Assembly (NCBI GenBank): GCA_963799845.1
Contig: CAWCYI010000006.1
Location: 672,001-736,000, forward strand
Length of the DNA: 64,000 nucleotides
Reading direction: 5' to 3'
Source: an uncultured Nitrososphaerota archaeon
GTDB taxonomy: Archaea; Thermoproteota; Nitrososphaeria; Nitrososphaerales; CADDZS01
Shown here: positions 41,056 through 51,211 of the stretch, piece after piece
How the letters are laid out: each line of letters opens with the position of its first letter
Numbering within the stretch: the first letter of the stretch is position 1
Notes under the pieces: model-generated
Database searches by the model: none
What the model was told of the DNA's origin: nothing
What the model saw: only the letters and a program-made list of their open reading frames with translations
Made by a program: the position numbers and the translations under genes

Positions 41056-41435
41056 TTAGTTTTTGAACTGGACCTTGGAACCAGTCTTGGCCTTGGCCAT
41101 CTGAAAGGCCTCGTCTGCCTGATCTAGATCAAATCGGTGACTCACAATGGCTTCTGCCCTAATGAGATTATTGCTAAGAAGATTTATGGCTTCCCCGTAA
41201 TGCTTCCACGCGGAGCCATAGGAACCACTCAGCGAAATCTGCCTCCTTACCAAGTCTGAAGCAGGAATCAAAATATTTTCTGGAAATATTCCAATGATCA
41301 CGATCTGATCTCCCTTCGGAGCGGAATAGCTGATTTCAACGCCGCAGGCGCTCCCGCTGCAACAACCAGCGTATCGAATCCATAGCCGTCAGTCATCGAA
41401 TTCATCTTTTCTAGGATGTCAATTTTCTCAGAATC
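41056..41435 (-). pseudogene. 3' fragment of a Zn-dependent alcohol dehydrogenase paralog of 59000-60037
   Basis: Last 81 aa about 83% identical by manual count (e.g. ADEAFQMAKAKTGSKVQFKN); N-terminal two-thirds missing; frameshift ~41315. Confidence 0.85.
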
Positions 41436-41879
41436 TGTGGTGTCGGTTGGAAATACTTCTTCGCGTCTCGGAGATTCGACAGCCATCACGAGGTCTATCG
41501 GAATGTCATTTCTTCTGTAGAAACTCTTCATGTAGTGCGTGTATGTTTTGCAATTCTTCTGCTTCGAGAATGCGAGTAGATCTCGTTTTGCCTTGAGTGC
41601 AATCGAAGGATCGTCAGAGGATTTATTCTTCCATGCTTCCTTGATCAGTTGATCAGGCAGCCTTAATTCCTCAGCTGTCAGGACATCTTTTGTTGTCTTA
41701 CCTGTTTTCCAAAGCAGGAATCTATACAAGCCATAAATGATGTTCTTTTCAGTGTCTGTCGAATCAGAGAGCTGACCTTGCCAAACCTTTACCGTTTCAT
41801 TTTCCTTCAGTTTAGCACAGATCTCCTTCAGCCTCGGATGCTTTTCATCCCTTCTTTGTACCCGTTCAGAGCTAGCCAT
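41436..41879 (-). pseudogene. truncated gene resembling the N-terminal domain of an archaeal tyrosine recombinase, fused in frame to the ADH fragment
   Basis: LYRFL...PDQLI...MKSFYRRNDIPI pattern; no catalytic R-H-R-Y domain present. Confidence 0.4.
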
Positions 41880-41958
41880 GAGCTGAGAGGCCCGGGTCTC
41901 ACGCTTAATCTGTTTAAAAATTATTCTTATTTCAAAATTTCAAAGGTTTAAACATTTT

Positions 41959-43179
41959 TTGAATATAGTAAACAAGAAAAGACAGTATGCGAATTTCGGA
42001 ATTGTCTGGACGAGCCAGGCTACCGCCGCAGTTCTGATATTCACAATCCCTGCTCTCGCCCCGCTTCTCGTTTCGAAATTCGGATTGACCGCAGTCCAGA
42101 TTGGCGAACTTACTGGAATAATGTACGTAGGAATCTGCGGAGTTTCAGTTTTCATCAGTGTTTTGTCGGATTCGCTTGGCGTTAGAAAAGTTCTGTTCAT
42201 CGGACACAGCGTTGAAGCGGTATCGATAATCGGGGCCTCGTTCGCGCACAACTTTGCAGGACTGGCGACCTGTATATTCGGCGTTGGCGTCGGGTACAGC
42301 TCCATTACCCCAGTGACGAGCAAGGCGATCATGGGCTGGTTCTCGAAAGAGCAGAGAAGCTCGGTTATGGGTCTGAAGCAGACCGGTACAACTGTTGGAG
42401 GGTCAATTGCTGGAGCTGTGCTGCCCTATGTAGGAATAAAATACGGAGTGTCAGCAGCTTTTGTTGCAGCCGGAATCCTCGTATTGATTGGAGTGGTGTT
42501 CCTCATGGGATACAGCGAATCGACCCCTCACGCGAACTCATCAATAACTACAGGAGCTTTTCTTAAGCAGGGACTCTCGATTTCATTCAGGAATAAGAAC
42601 CTCCTTTGGGTCGGCGGTATTGGATTTTTTTATGCAACAGTCCAGTCGATTGTAGTCACTTTCATCACCTTATTCGCCAAAAATGTTCTCGGATTTGATG
42701 CAATAATTGCTGGACTTTTTCTGTCGCTGGTGAATATTTCTGGCACAATCGGAAGACCCGTGTATGGGGCAATCAGCGATCGGCTTCTCGGAGGAAGCAG
42801 GATCAAGGATCTCCTCGTGATTTCGATTACGTCTACTATAATGCTACTTCTTCTCTCATCAATACGTCCTGGCATCAGCCTCCTCCAGGTTCTACCCATA
42901 GTCGCATTACTCGGATTTGGGGCATTGGGATGGAATGGAGTCTTTCTCACTCTTGCCGGGGAATATTCGAATCTGGGCTACGAGGCCGTGGGTACTTCAG
43001 TTGCTTTTTCGATCGCGATGACCGGACAAATAGTGGGCGCACCAATTTTCGGAATTATTGTCGAGCAAACGGGAAGTTACGACATTGGCTGGCAAGTTTT
43101 TGCGATCTCACTGATTACCGCTTCAATAGTATTCTCAATTGCGAGGAGAAAACACGAGCCAAGTGCCGCCGTCAAATGA
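41959..43179 (+). CDS. MFS transporter
   Basis: ~12 TM; LSDSLGVRK and GAISDRLLGG. Confidence 0.9.
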   Translation: MNIVNKKRQYANFGIVWTSQATAAVLIFTIPALAPLLVSKFGLTAVQIGELTGIMYVGICGVSVFISVLSDSLGVRKVLFIGHSVEAVSIIGASFAHNFAGLATCIFGVGVGYSSITPVTSKAIMGWFSKEQRSSVMGLKQTGTTVGGSIAGAVLPYVGIKYGVSAAFVAAGILVLIGVVFLMGYSESTPHANSSITTGAFLKQGLSISFRNKNLLWVGGIGFFYATVQSIVVTFITLFAKNVLGFDAIIAGLFLSLVNISGTIGRPVYGAISDRLLGGSRIKDLLVISITSTIMLLLLSSIRPGISLLQVLPIVALLGFGALGWNGVFLTLAGEYSNLGYEAVGTSVAFSIAMTGQIVGAPIFGIIVEQTGSYDIGWQVFAISLITASIVFSIARRKHEPSAAVK

Positions 43180-43313
43180 TCTTCTCTAGATCTCCAACGC
43201 CTAACTGAAAAGTCATTGAACCTAAAGATTCGAAAGGTGCTCAATCACAACAGCTCCCTTTCAAAAAAAGGCAAGCTTACTAGAATTTATTCTTGACCAT
43301 TCTTTATATCCAA

Positions 43314-43456
43314 GTTTTCATTGATTCTTATATAGAATTTTTTCTGCGTTCGCACACGGGGCGTGTTTTCTGAGTGAAGAGCTACGTTCAAGCTCTGTAA
43401 GCTCAGAAGAGCTTGAAACGAGCTGAACGGAGCTTACACAGCTCGAATCTCATTGA
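43314..43456 (+). repeat. dispersed AGCT-phased element, copy 1
   Basis: Core 43380-43447 matches the reverse complement of 61436-61503 at 64/68 nt. Confidence 0.9.
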
Positions 43457-43477
43457 TTCCACCCTAGTTGACAGCGG

Positions 43478-44803
43478 ATGAACTCTCCGACTGATCCTTT
43501 CGAGAGTGATTTATTAGCCGTAGATTTTGAGAATTCTTTACCAGCGACACAATTCAGTGATCTAGAATTGCAATCGACCGACAATATTATTCCAAAGATT
43601 TCAAAAGACATTGAAAGCGAAAAATCCAGAATCCAGGACTTCTTCGTAAAGATGCTGAAGATCAACTCGGTAAATCCGAGGATGGGCGGTCCCGGCGAGG
43701 TGGAACGCGCCAATTTTATTCAGTCCTTCTTGGAATCTGAGGGGTTTGTCGTGGGAAGGGTGGATGTTCCCGAAGACGGACGATTTCGCCCAAACATCAG
43801 CGCCAAGATTGAGGGCGAAGACGAGTCAAAAAGGCTCTGGTTTCTGTCGCATATGGACACGGTTCCGGAAGGAAGCAGGGACATGTGGAATACCGATCCG
43901 TTCGACCCCGTAGTCAAAGACGGGAAGGTGTATGCCAGAGGAGCGGAAGACAACGGACAGTCGCTGGTATCAAGTTTGTTTGCATTGATGGAGTTGAAGC
44001 GCCTCGGAGAAAAGCTTCCTTTCAACGTTGGCTTCTGGGCCGTTGCTGATGAGGAGTTCGGCAGCGAATACGGAGTCAAATACCTGCTGGATCACGATTA
44101 TTTCAGGCCGAGCGACCTGATTGTCGTTCCCGACGCAGGCTCCCCTGACGGTATGACGATTGAAATCGCGGAGAAGAATTTGCTCTGGTTCAGGATCGAG
44201 ACCAGGGGAAAACAGGTTCATGCGAGTCTGCCGAACAAGGGGAAGAATGCGCATCGCATCGGCATGGAACTGGCACTCAACTTAGACAAGGTGTTTCACG
44301 AAAAGTACACCAGTACTAACAACATGTACGATGATCCGTCGTCAACTTTTGAGCCGACGAAAGTAGAACCAAACGTACCCAACATCAACACGGTTCCCGG
44401 GGTTGACGTATTTTATTTTGATTGTAGGGTATTGCCTGAATACTCTCTCGACAGCGTTATTTCCGACATCAACAGGGCGGTTTCAGAATCCAATGAAATA
44501 CACGGCTCGGAAAGTAATCTAGAAATCATTAACAGGGAGGACGCCGGCCCGGCAACATCTGAATCAAGCGACGTTGTACGGATAATGGAGACGGCGATAT
44601 TCCAAGTTACGAAAAAGCAGCCGAAACTAATCGGGATTGGAGGTCAGACCGTTGGAAATCTATTCAGAAAGAAAGGGCTCCCAACAGTAGTCTGGAGCAC
44701 CGTCGATGATATTCCTCACGAACCAAACGAGTACTCCAAGCTGTCGAATCTGATCTCCGATGCGAAAGTTTTCGCGGCGATGCCGTTTGTCGCAAGAAGC
44801 TGA
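43478..44803 (+). CDS. M20 metallopeptidase (DapE/ArgE-like); start probably TTG ~43568
   Basis: SHMDTVP, RGAEDNG, DEE, VPD and C-terminal HEPNE. Confidence 0.9.
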   Translation: MNSPTDPFESDLLAVDFENSLPATQFSDLELQSTDNIIPKISKDIESEKSRIQDFFVKMLKINSVNPRMGGPGEVERANFIQSFLESEGFVVGRVDVPEDGRFRPNISAKIEGEDESKRLWFLSHMDTVPEGSRDMWNTDPFDPVVKDGKVYARGAEDNGQSLVSSLFALMELKRLGEKLPFNVGFWAVADEEFGSEYGVKYLLDHDYFRPSDLIVVPDAGSPDGMTIEIAEKNLLWFRIETRGKQVHASLPNKGKNAHRIGMELALNLDKVFHEKYTSTNNMYDDPSSTFEPTKVEPNVPNINTVPGVDVFYFDCRVLPEYSLDSVISDINRAVSESNEIHGSESNLEIINREDAGPATSESSDVVRIMETAIFQVTKKQPKLIGIGGQTVGNLFRKKGLPTVVWSTVDDIPHEPNEYSKLSNLISDAKVFAAMPFVARS

Positions 44804-44893
44804 GTTGTATTGATCTAGGAACTCTGGGAGAAAAAGTCTCGAAGTACAGATCGTGTCCCTGAATTTTGATACGCCCGTCCGTCCTAATGACTG

Positions 44894-45979
44894 TCAATTA
44901 TCAGATCTCCTGTTACTTCGCGAAATCAGTGATCTTCCACTTTCGACTAAATCTGGATGAACATACTCTCCATTCTTGATGATGAGCGTTCCATCACCTT
45001 CCAACGTTGGCTTTAATGTAATACCGTCGGAGTGAGAGATCGCGACAGTGTCCCGGGCCTTGAATGTGCCGCTCTGATTTCCTAGGCCCCACTCCAGAAT
45101 TCCCCAAACACGCTCGTCTTCGAGTACATTTCCGGTCAATTTCGCCCCCGGATTACACCCGTAGGAGAGATGCGCAAGTACAAACATGTTGTCGTCATTG
45201 AGACTGTGGAGCCATTTTTCATAAATTCTAGCTTCTGGTCCTCCGTGAACACCCACGACCCTACCGAATTTTATTTCCAATTTCACTGGCTGCTTCAAGC
45301 GCCTCAATTCATCAGGCGGGTTCACGGAACCGTCAAAGGCTATCGTCCCTTCGATTGTTTCTTCCAGAGGCGCCCAGTCGACCTGCCCCAACAGCATATA
45401 CTCCCCTGGACCCAAAACGTCTCCTTCGACAAGCACCGGTCTATTTGGATCGTTTTCGAATCTGACATCGGTTCCTCCGGGTGTAGCGTAATGCATCGAC
45501 TTGGATTCTTTTGTTATGCGCTGGATCCGTCTTTGGAAGGCAAGGACTTTTTCAACGTCCACATCTCCGATGCAACGTCTCGCCATATCGACACTCATAC
45601 CGACCAGACACATGTATCTGGTCCGGTTTCGCTTCATCGCTTCCTCCCAGACTTTCGAGTACAACAACCACTTCCCATTGAGCTCAATCCAGACATCGGA
45701 CTCCTTGACAGCGCCAACCAGGCTGTCGAGCGGAAGGTAGGGTTCAGCCGCTCTTCCTACGTGGGGCGGTGCGTTTGTCCCTATGACGATCGGCATTGCT
45801 CCGAGAGCGGTCGCGGCCTTCTCAACGGCGAGGACGAAATTCTGGTCACTCTCGGTGTCGCACGTAATGGCGACGGATTCTCCCTTCTTGGTTTTCAGGA
45901 GATCTCCGACTAGTTTTCTCGCAGTTCTATCTGATTCCTTACCTTGAACCTTTTTCCGTTGCGAAACTGAACGTGACAT
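44894..45979 (-). CDS. M29/aminopeptidase T-like metalloprotein
   Basis: GTIAFDGS, AHLSYGCNPGA, LEDER and SHSDG. Confidence 0.75.
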   Translation of the reverse strand: MSRSVSQRKKVQGKESDRTARKLVGDLLKTKKGESVAITCDTESDQNFVLAVEKAATALGAMPIVIGTNAPPHVGRAAEPYLPLDSLVGAVKESDVWIELNGKWLLYSKVWEEAMKRNRTRYMCLVGMSVDMARRCIGDVDVEKVLAFQRRIQRITKESKSMHYATPGGTDVRFENDPNRPVLVEGDVLGPGEYMLLGQVDWAPLEETIEGTIAFDGSVNPPDELRRLKQPVKLEIKFGRVVGVHGGPEARIYEKWLHSLNDDNMFVLAHLSYGCNPGAKLTGNVLEDERVWGILEWGLGNQSGTFKARDTVAISHSDGITLKPTLEGDGTLIIKNGEYVHPDLVESGRSLISRSNRRSDN

Positions 45980-46072
45980 TTTTGTTTCATTCTCACATCT
46001 TGAGTTTCTTAAAAATAACCTGTGGGGATACAATTCTTATTACCCTCGTCCAAAGTTTTCAATGCAAGAAAA

Positions 46073-47175
46073 ATGAAGAGAGAGCTTTCTGTCCAAGAAA
46101 TTGAGGATCTGATAGTTGGCGCGACGATACTGGGAGTCGGCGGTGGGGGAAATCCTCAGGATGGACTGAAATCGATGATGGGGCAACACGAGGCAGGAAA
46201 AAGGATCAACGTCTGGACTCTCGATGAATTCTCTGATCTGGATCGATTTGTTAGTCCGTATTTTGTGGGTTCTGTCGCTCCCGTCAATGCAAACAAGAAA
46301 AAAGCGCCCAAAACAGTGGATGATCCAATTCGAGTTGCTTTCAAAATACTGGGGGAGAAACTGGGAAAGAAAATTTCAGCTACCGTCGCTACTGAGATCG
46401 GGGGAGGGAATACCGCAGCTTCACTCGCAATAGCGGCCAAGCTGGACATACCTGCGGTAGATGGAGACTTGATGGGGCGAGCTGGGCCGAGCTTCACCAG
46501 AGCACCACTCACATCTTCGGGGTGTCAATGGTCCCGGCAGCTATCGCGAGCGAGACGGGGAACGAAATCCTGATCGAGCGATACGCAAACATCGACGATT
46601 ACGAAGCTCTCGCTAGATACTCAAGCGTAATTTCGGGCGGTCACGTCGCAGTGGTTGACAGTCCAATGTCCACGGCTGAAGCGAAAAAGTGTGTAGTTCA
46701 AGGTACTATCTCGAAATGCATCGAGCTAGGAAAAGCGAGAAGAGAGGCGATCAGTTCTAAAAAAGATCCAATTAAAGAAATTACAGGTAAGCTGGACCAC
46801 GGCAAAAAAATATTCGAAGGAACTATTTCCAAATATTCTTGGAAAGACGAAAGAGGGTTCCTTTTCGCAGATTCGTATGTCAAAGGCTCCGAAAATTTTT
46901 CAGGATCGACATTGAAGACCTGGATCATGAACGAGCACATCATGTGCTGGATTGACGAAAAGCCCGCAGTAATGCCGCCCGATTTGATTATTTTTCTTGA
47001 GCCGGAAACTGGGCTGGGGATTACGAATGATCGATTGAAGGAGGGAATGCAGGTTGTCGTCATCGGCGCGAGCATTGACAAAGTATGGAGAAAAGAACGA
47101 GGGCTGGAGCTCTTCGGACCGAGGCGTTTTGGACTCAATTACGATTACATTCCTTTCGAGACTCTTTCCGCATGA
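46073..47175 (+). CDS. DUF917 family protein (frameshift ~46490)
   Basis: GATILGVGGGG, EIGGGNT, VDGDLMGRA and PDLI. Confidence 0.85.
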
Positions 47176-47245
47176 ATGGATATGCGCTTATCCGAGTAAA
47201 CTTAGAGACTACTCCTGATTTTTGGTAGAGGCCGATCAAGACCGG

Positions 47246-48259
47246 ATGGGTTTTGTTAGTTTCCTAATCAAGCGGTCAATCTACTCCTTTATTCTAGTCA
47301 TTGGAGTAGTCATCCTCACCTTTTTACTCACCCACATCATTGCGTCGAACCCTGCAAATGTCTGGGCTGGGCCCCACGCTTCAAAGATCCAGGTACAGGC
47401 GGTGATCAACGAATACCACCTGAATCAGCCTGTTACGACTCAGCTCTATTATTACCTCATTGACGTGTTTACCCTCAACCTGGGAAACTCGCCGTTCTTT
47501 CATCAACCCGTCTCTGTTCTGATCGAGACCTACTTTCCGAGGACTCTCGAGCTCACATTCGTCGCGATGGGGATCACGATAATTCTGGGAATCTTCAGCG
47601 GAGCTTTTGCTGCCGCCCATCAGGAACGTGCAGGAGACCACGCCGTCCGCGCCGCCTATCTTCTAAGTTGGAGCATGCCCCCTTTTCTTGTAGCTCTCTT
47701 GCTACAGTTTTTCCTTGCGTACAACAATCACATATTCCCACCGAGTCAGCTCGCCGATCCCGCTCTAACGCTTCCACACCAGGTCACGGGTCTTATCTCG
47801 ATCGACGCCCTGATCGACGGAGATTACACTTTCTTTTATTCTTCCGTCCTGCATTTGATTCTTCCAGCTGTTGCACTCGCCCTCATCTCGTTCGGCTTGA
47901 TCACCAGAATCATGCGCTCCTCGATGTTGGAGAACCTGCGCTCTGACTTTGTCCGAACGGCGATAATGAAGGGAGTGGGGGAAAGAAGGGCGACCTATGT
48001 GCATGCTCTGAAGAATTCATTGATCCCAGTTATCACGGTGATCTCGCTGACATTTGCGTACCTGATTGCCGGCTCAATTGTAATCGAAGAAATTTTCAGC
48101 TATGAAGGCATGGGATATCTCATCACTCAGTCGCTGTACAACTACGACTACCCGACTTTGATCGGGTCCGTCATCGTAATTACCATCTCGGTTATTGTCA
48201 TCAATCTCATTGCGGATCTACTTTACGCCGCTGTTGATCCGCGCGTGAGGATCGATTAG
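47246..48259 (+). CDS. peptide ABC permease (OppB/DppB type)
   Basis: FVRTAIMKG, HALKNSLIP and DPRVR. Confidence 0.9.
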   Translation: MGFVSFLIKRSIYSFILVIGVVILTFLLTHIIASNPANVWAGPHASKIQVQAVINEYHLNQPVTTQLYYYLIDVFTLNLGNSPFFHQPVSVLIETYFPRTLELTFVAMGITIILGIFSGAFAAAHQERAGDHAVRAAYLLSWSMPPFLVALLLQFFLAYNNHIFPPSQLADPALTLPHQVTGLISIDALIDGDYTFFYSSVLHLILPAVALALISFGLITRIMRSSMLENLRSDFVRTAIMKGVGERRATYVHALKNSLIPVITVISLTFAYLIAGSIVIEEIFSYEGMGYLITQSLYNYDYPTLIGSVIVITISVIVINLIADLLYAAVDPRVRID

Positions 48260-48265
48260 AAATTC

Positions 48266-49162
48266 ATGATCGTTCTCAACACGAAGCGAGCAATTGGCGG
48301 TCTTCGCAGACTCGCCTCAAGGCCCTCATCTCTCATAGGACTTGTGATAATCAGCGCATTTTACGGATGGTCCCTTATCGAAGGAATCTTGCAGGTGATC
48401 GCATCAACTATCAAGGCACCTTCAATCGGATGGGCACTCTTACCTTCCAACCCACTGTTGGTTTCGATTTCGAATTCGCTTCTTCCGCCTTCGGCCACAC
48501 ATTTGATGGGAACTGACGATCTCGGGCGGGACATTTGGAGCAGAGTGCTTTATGCTGCTCCGACTGATGCAGCAGTTTCAATTCTTGTTATCACAGGCGG
48601 GATCGCAATTGGAGCTCTCGTTGGTTACCCGGCGGGTTACTTTGGTAAGGGCGTCGAAGAGATCAATATGCGAGTTACTGATCTCTTCCTCGCTTTTCCC
48701 GCGCTAATCCTGGCCCTGACCATAGAGGCGACCTTGGGAAGAAATGTGGTCTATGCGATCATTGCACTCGTTGTTGTCTGGTGGCCCTCGTACGCGAGAC
48801 TCCTTCGAGGCGAGACCCTCAAGATAAAGAACCAAAAGTTCATCGATGCAGCGCTTCTCTCGGGGTTGTCTAGTTTCGGAATTATCGTAAAGCACGTATT
48901 TCGTTCTTCGCTTAATACTCTGATCTCCTATGCCACAATAGATCTCGGGAATACGATCCTCGTCTATTCGATTTTGAGCTTTCTGGGACTTGGAGTTCCC
49001 GCTCCAGCACCCGAATGGGGAACGATGGTGGCTTCGGGACTCAATTACTTTCCGGGACAGTGGTGGTACTCCATGTTACCGGGCATCGTCATCACCGTCA
49101 TTGTCATAGGGGCGGCACTTCTGGGCGACGGGTTGCGCGACATGTTCGCGGGAGAGCTGTGA
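48266..49162 (+). CDS. peptide ABC permease (OppC/DppC type)
   Basis: MGTDDLGRD, SFLGLG...PEWG and GDGLRD. Confidence 0.9.
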   Translation: MIVLNTKRAIGGLRRLASRPSSLIGLVIISAFYGWSLIEGILQVIASTIKAPSIGWALLPSNPLLVSISNSLLPPSATHLMGTDDLGRDIWSRVLYAAPTDAAVSILVITGGIAIGALVGYPAGYFGKGVEEINMRVTDLFLAFPALILALTIEATLGRNVVYAIIALVVVWWPSYARLLRGETLKIKNQKFIDAALLSGLSSFGIIVKHVFRSSLNTLISYATIDLGNTILVYSILSFLGLGVPAPAPEWGTMVASGLNYFPGQWWYSMLPGIVITVIVIGAALLGDGLRDMFAGEL

Positions 49163-50175
49163 TCTTGCAAGATTCGGATCTCCTCAGGATCGAGGATCTC
49201 AGCGTCGACTACAGGTCCGCGAGTGGGAATGTTCCCGCGCTAAGGGACGTATCAGTTTCAGTGAAACAGGGAGAGATACTCTCTATTGTCGGTGAAAGTG
49301 GCTCTGGGAAGACGACCCTCGCCCTCGCAGTATCGCGTCTGCTGACCAAGAATTCATCTTTGATGAAGAGTGGGAAGATAATTTTCCGGGGGAAAGACAT
49401 CACCAATCTAAAGACCCGCGGCATGGACTCCATTCGCGGCACCGAGATCTTCATGATTTTTCAAAATCCATTCATGAGTCTGAATCCTCTGATGAGGGTC
49501 AGAGACCAAATTCGCGAAGCGATCAAGGTTCGCGATAAAAGATCAGGACAGAAAGAGAACCGCTCTAAGATCTTGAACCAGGTGGTTGATGTCCTGAAAG
49601 CTGTCAGGATTGGAGACGCAGAGGACCTCATGGAGCGTTATCCGCATCAGCTGTCCGGCGGACAAAATCAAAGAATAATGCTCGCGATGGCCCTCGTGGA
49701 AAGACCCAGTCTCCTGATAGCGGATGAACCGACTACCGCACTTGACGTCACCACCCAGGCTCAAGTGCTCCTGCTCCTGAAAGACATAATCAAGGAAACT
49801 GGAATGTCCGTGATTTTTATCACCCACGATCTCGCTGTAGCGGGATCAATTAGCGATAGAATCGCCGTCCTCTACGGAGGAATGATACAGGAAATAGGAT
49901 CTTCGAAACAGATTCTCTTTGAACCGAAGCACCCCTACACAGTGAGTCTGATCAAAAGCATCCCTTCGAAATCGAAGAACGAGGGGTATCTTGACGCAAT
50001 CAAAGGTTCATTTCGGTTAAATGGAATAGAGAACATGTGCGCGTTTTATCCCAGATGTCCGCTGGCTCACGATGAATGCAAGAGGAGGGTCCCCGCGTTG
50101 ATGAGCCTCGGCACGGGAACCTATGTTCGTTGCGTCAATTACGGGGAAGCGGAGGAGGATGCGACGGTTGAATAA
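49159..50175 (+). CDS. peptide ABC ATPase (OppD type)
   Basis: GTGA overlap start; GESGSGKT, LSGGQNQR and ADEPTTALD. Confidence 0.9.
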   Translation: MILQDSDLLRIEDLSVDYRSASGNVPALRDVSVSVKQGEILSIVGESGSGKTTLALAVSRLLTKNSSLMKSGKIIFRGKDITNLKTRGMDSIRGTEIFMIFQNPFMSLNPLMRVRDQIREAIKVRDKRSGQKENRSKILNQVVDVLKAVRIGDAEDLMERYPHQLSGGQNQRIMLAMALVERPSLLIADEPTTALDVTTQAQVLLLLKDIIKETGMSVIFITHDLAVAGSISDRIAVLYGGMIQEIGSSKQILFEPKHPYTVSLIKSIPSKSKNEGYLDAIKGSFRLNGIENMCAFYPRCPLAHDECKRRVPALMSLGTGTYVRCVNYGEAEEDATVE

Positions 50176-51187
50176 TGTCTCAGAGGAAAGTCCAACAGAA
50201 AAACTAGGCAGCTTCTTGCAGATAGACCATACTATCAAAAGATTCTCGCAGAGAAAATCTAGCTTCTGGATTAGCCTGATTGGACGGGGCAAACCGTTGC
50301 GGTTCGTGAGCGCAGTAGACGATGTTTCCCTTCAGGTGATCAGAGGCCAGACTCTCGTGATACTCGGAGAGAGTGGATCTGGCAAGACGACTCTTGGCCG
50401 AATGATAGTCGGGTTGGAAAAGATAGATTCCGGTTCGATTAGCCTCAACAATGAATCAGTAAAATTTGTCCGCGACCGCGGAGCGAAACGGGGGAGACTC
50501 CAGATGGTGTTCCAGGATCCCGGATCTTCGCTCGATCCATACATGAGCGTCTCAAGTTGCGTTTCGGAACCCATCAGCAAGTTCGGCTTGACAAAACTTC
50601 AGGTTTCCTCGAAGGTGACTGAATCCCTTCGGCTCGTCGGGCTCGAGGGTGACCTGCTCGCAAGAAGAACTTTAGAGTTGAGCGGAGGTCAGAAGCAGAG
50701 AGTTGCGATAGCTAGGGCTATCATCAGCGACCCGGAGGTCATAGTTTTGGATGAGCCGACTTCTTCTATCGATGTTTCGATTCAAGCGCAGGTTCTCAAT
50801 CTCTTAATAGATCTTCAGAGAATCAAGAATCTCACCTATATTCTGATTTCTCACGACCCGAACGTCGCGAAATTCATGGCAGACAACGTCGCGATTATGC
50901 ACTTGGGCAAGGTCGTTGAGTACGGCCCTTCGGCGAGCATACTTTCGCGTCCAAAACATCCCTATACTCAGGCTCTCCTTGCCTCTGCCCCAAAACTGGG
51001 TTCCACTCTTCCCGAAAGCATCGCAAGATCTGGTGATCCTCAGAGCATGATCTCACTGCCCAAGGGATGCAGGTACGAGTCGCGTTGCCAGTTCGCGATG
51101 GAAAAGTGTAGAGAAAAAGAGCCTCTCCTTCTCCCGGTGAAAGAAGAAGCAGAAACTTCGGTTTCCTGTTTTCTCTACAATGATTAG
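50168..51187 (+). CDS. peptide ABC ATPase (OppF type)
   Basis: GESGSGKT, LSGGQKQR and LDEPTS. Confidence 0.9.
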   Translation: MNNVSEESPTEKLGSFLQIDHTIKRFSQRKSSFWISLIGRGKPLRFVSAVDDVSLQVIRGQTLVILGESGSGKTTLGRMIVGLEKIDSGSISLNNESVKFVRDRGAKRGRLQMVFQDPGSSLDPYMSVSSCVSEPISKFGLTKLQVSSKVTESLRLVGLEGDLLARRTLELSGGQKQRVAIARAIISDPEVIVLDEPTSSIDVSIQAQVLNLLIDLQRIKNLTYILISHDPNVAKFMADNVAIMHLGKVVEYGPSASILSRPKHPYTQALLASAPKLGSTLPESIARSGDPQSMISLPKGCRYESRCQFAMEKCREKEPLLLPVKEEAETSVSCFLYND

Positions 51188-51211
51188 AAGCTGATCTTCT
51201 TTTCCTGAAGA

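Noticed and set aside
43380-43447. AGCT array as a mini-CRISPR
   Set aside because: A 4-bp repeat with 5-7-bp spacers is far below CRISPR dimensions, and there are no cas genes
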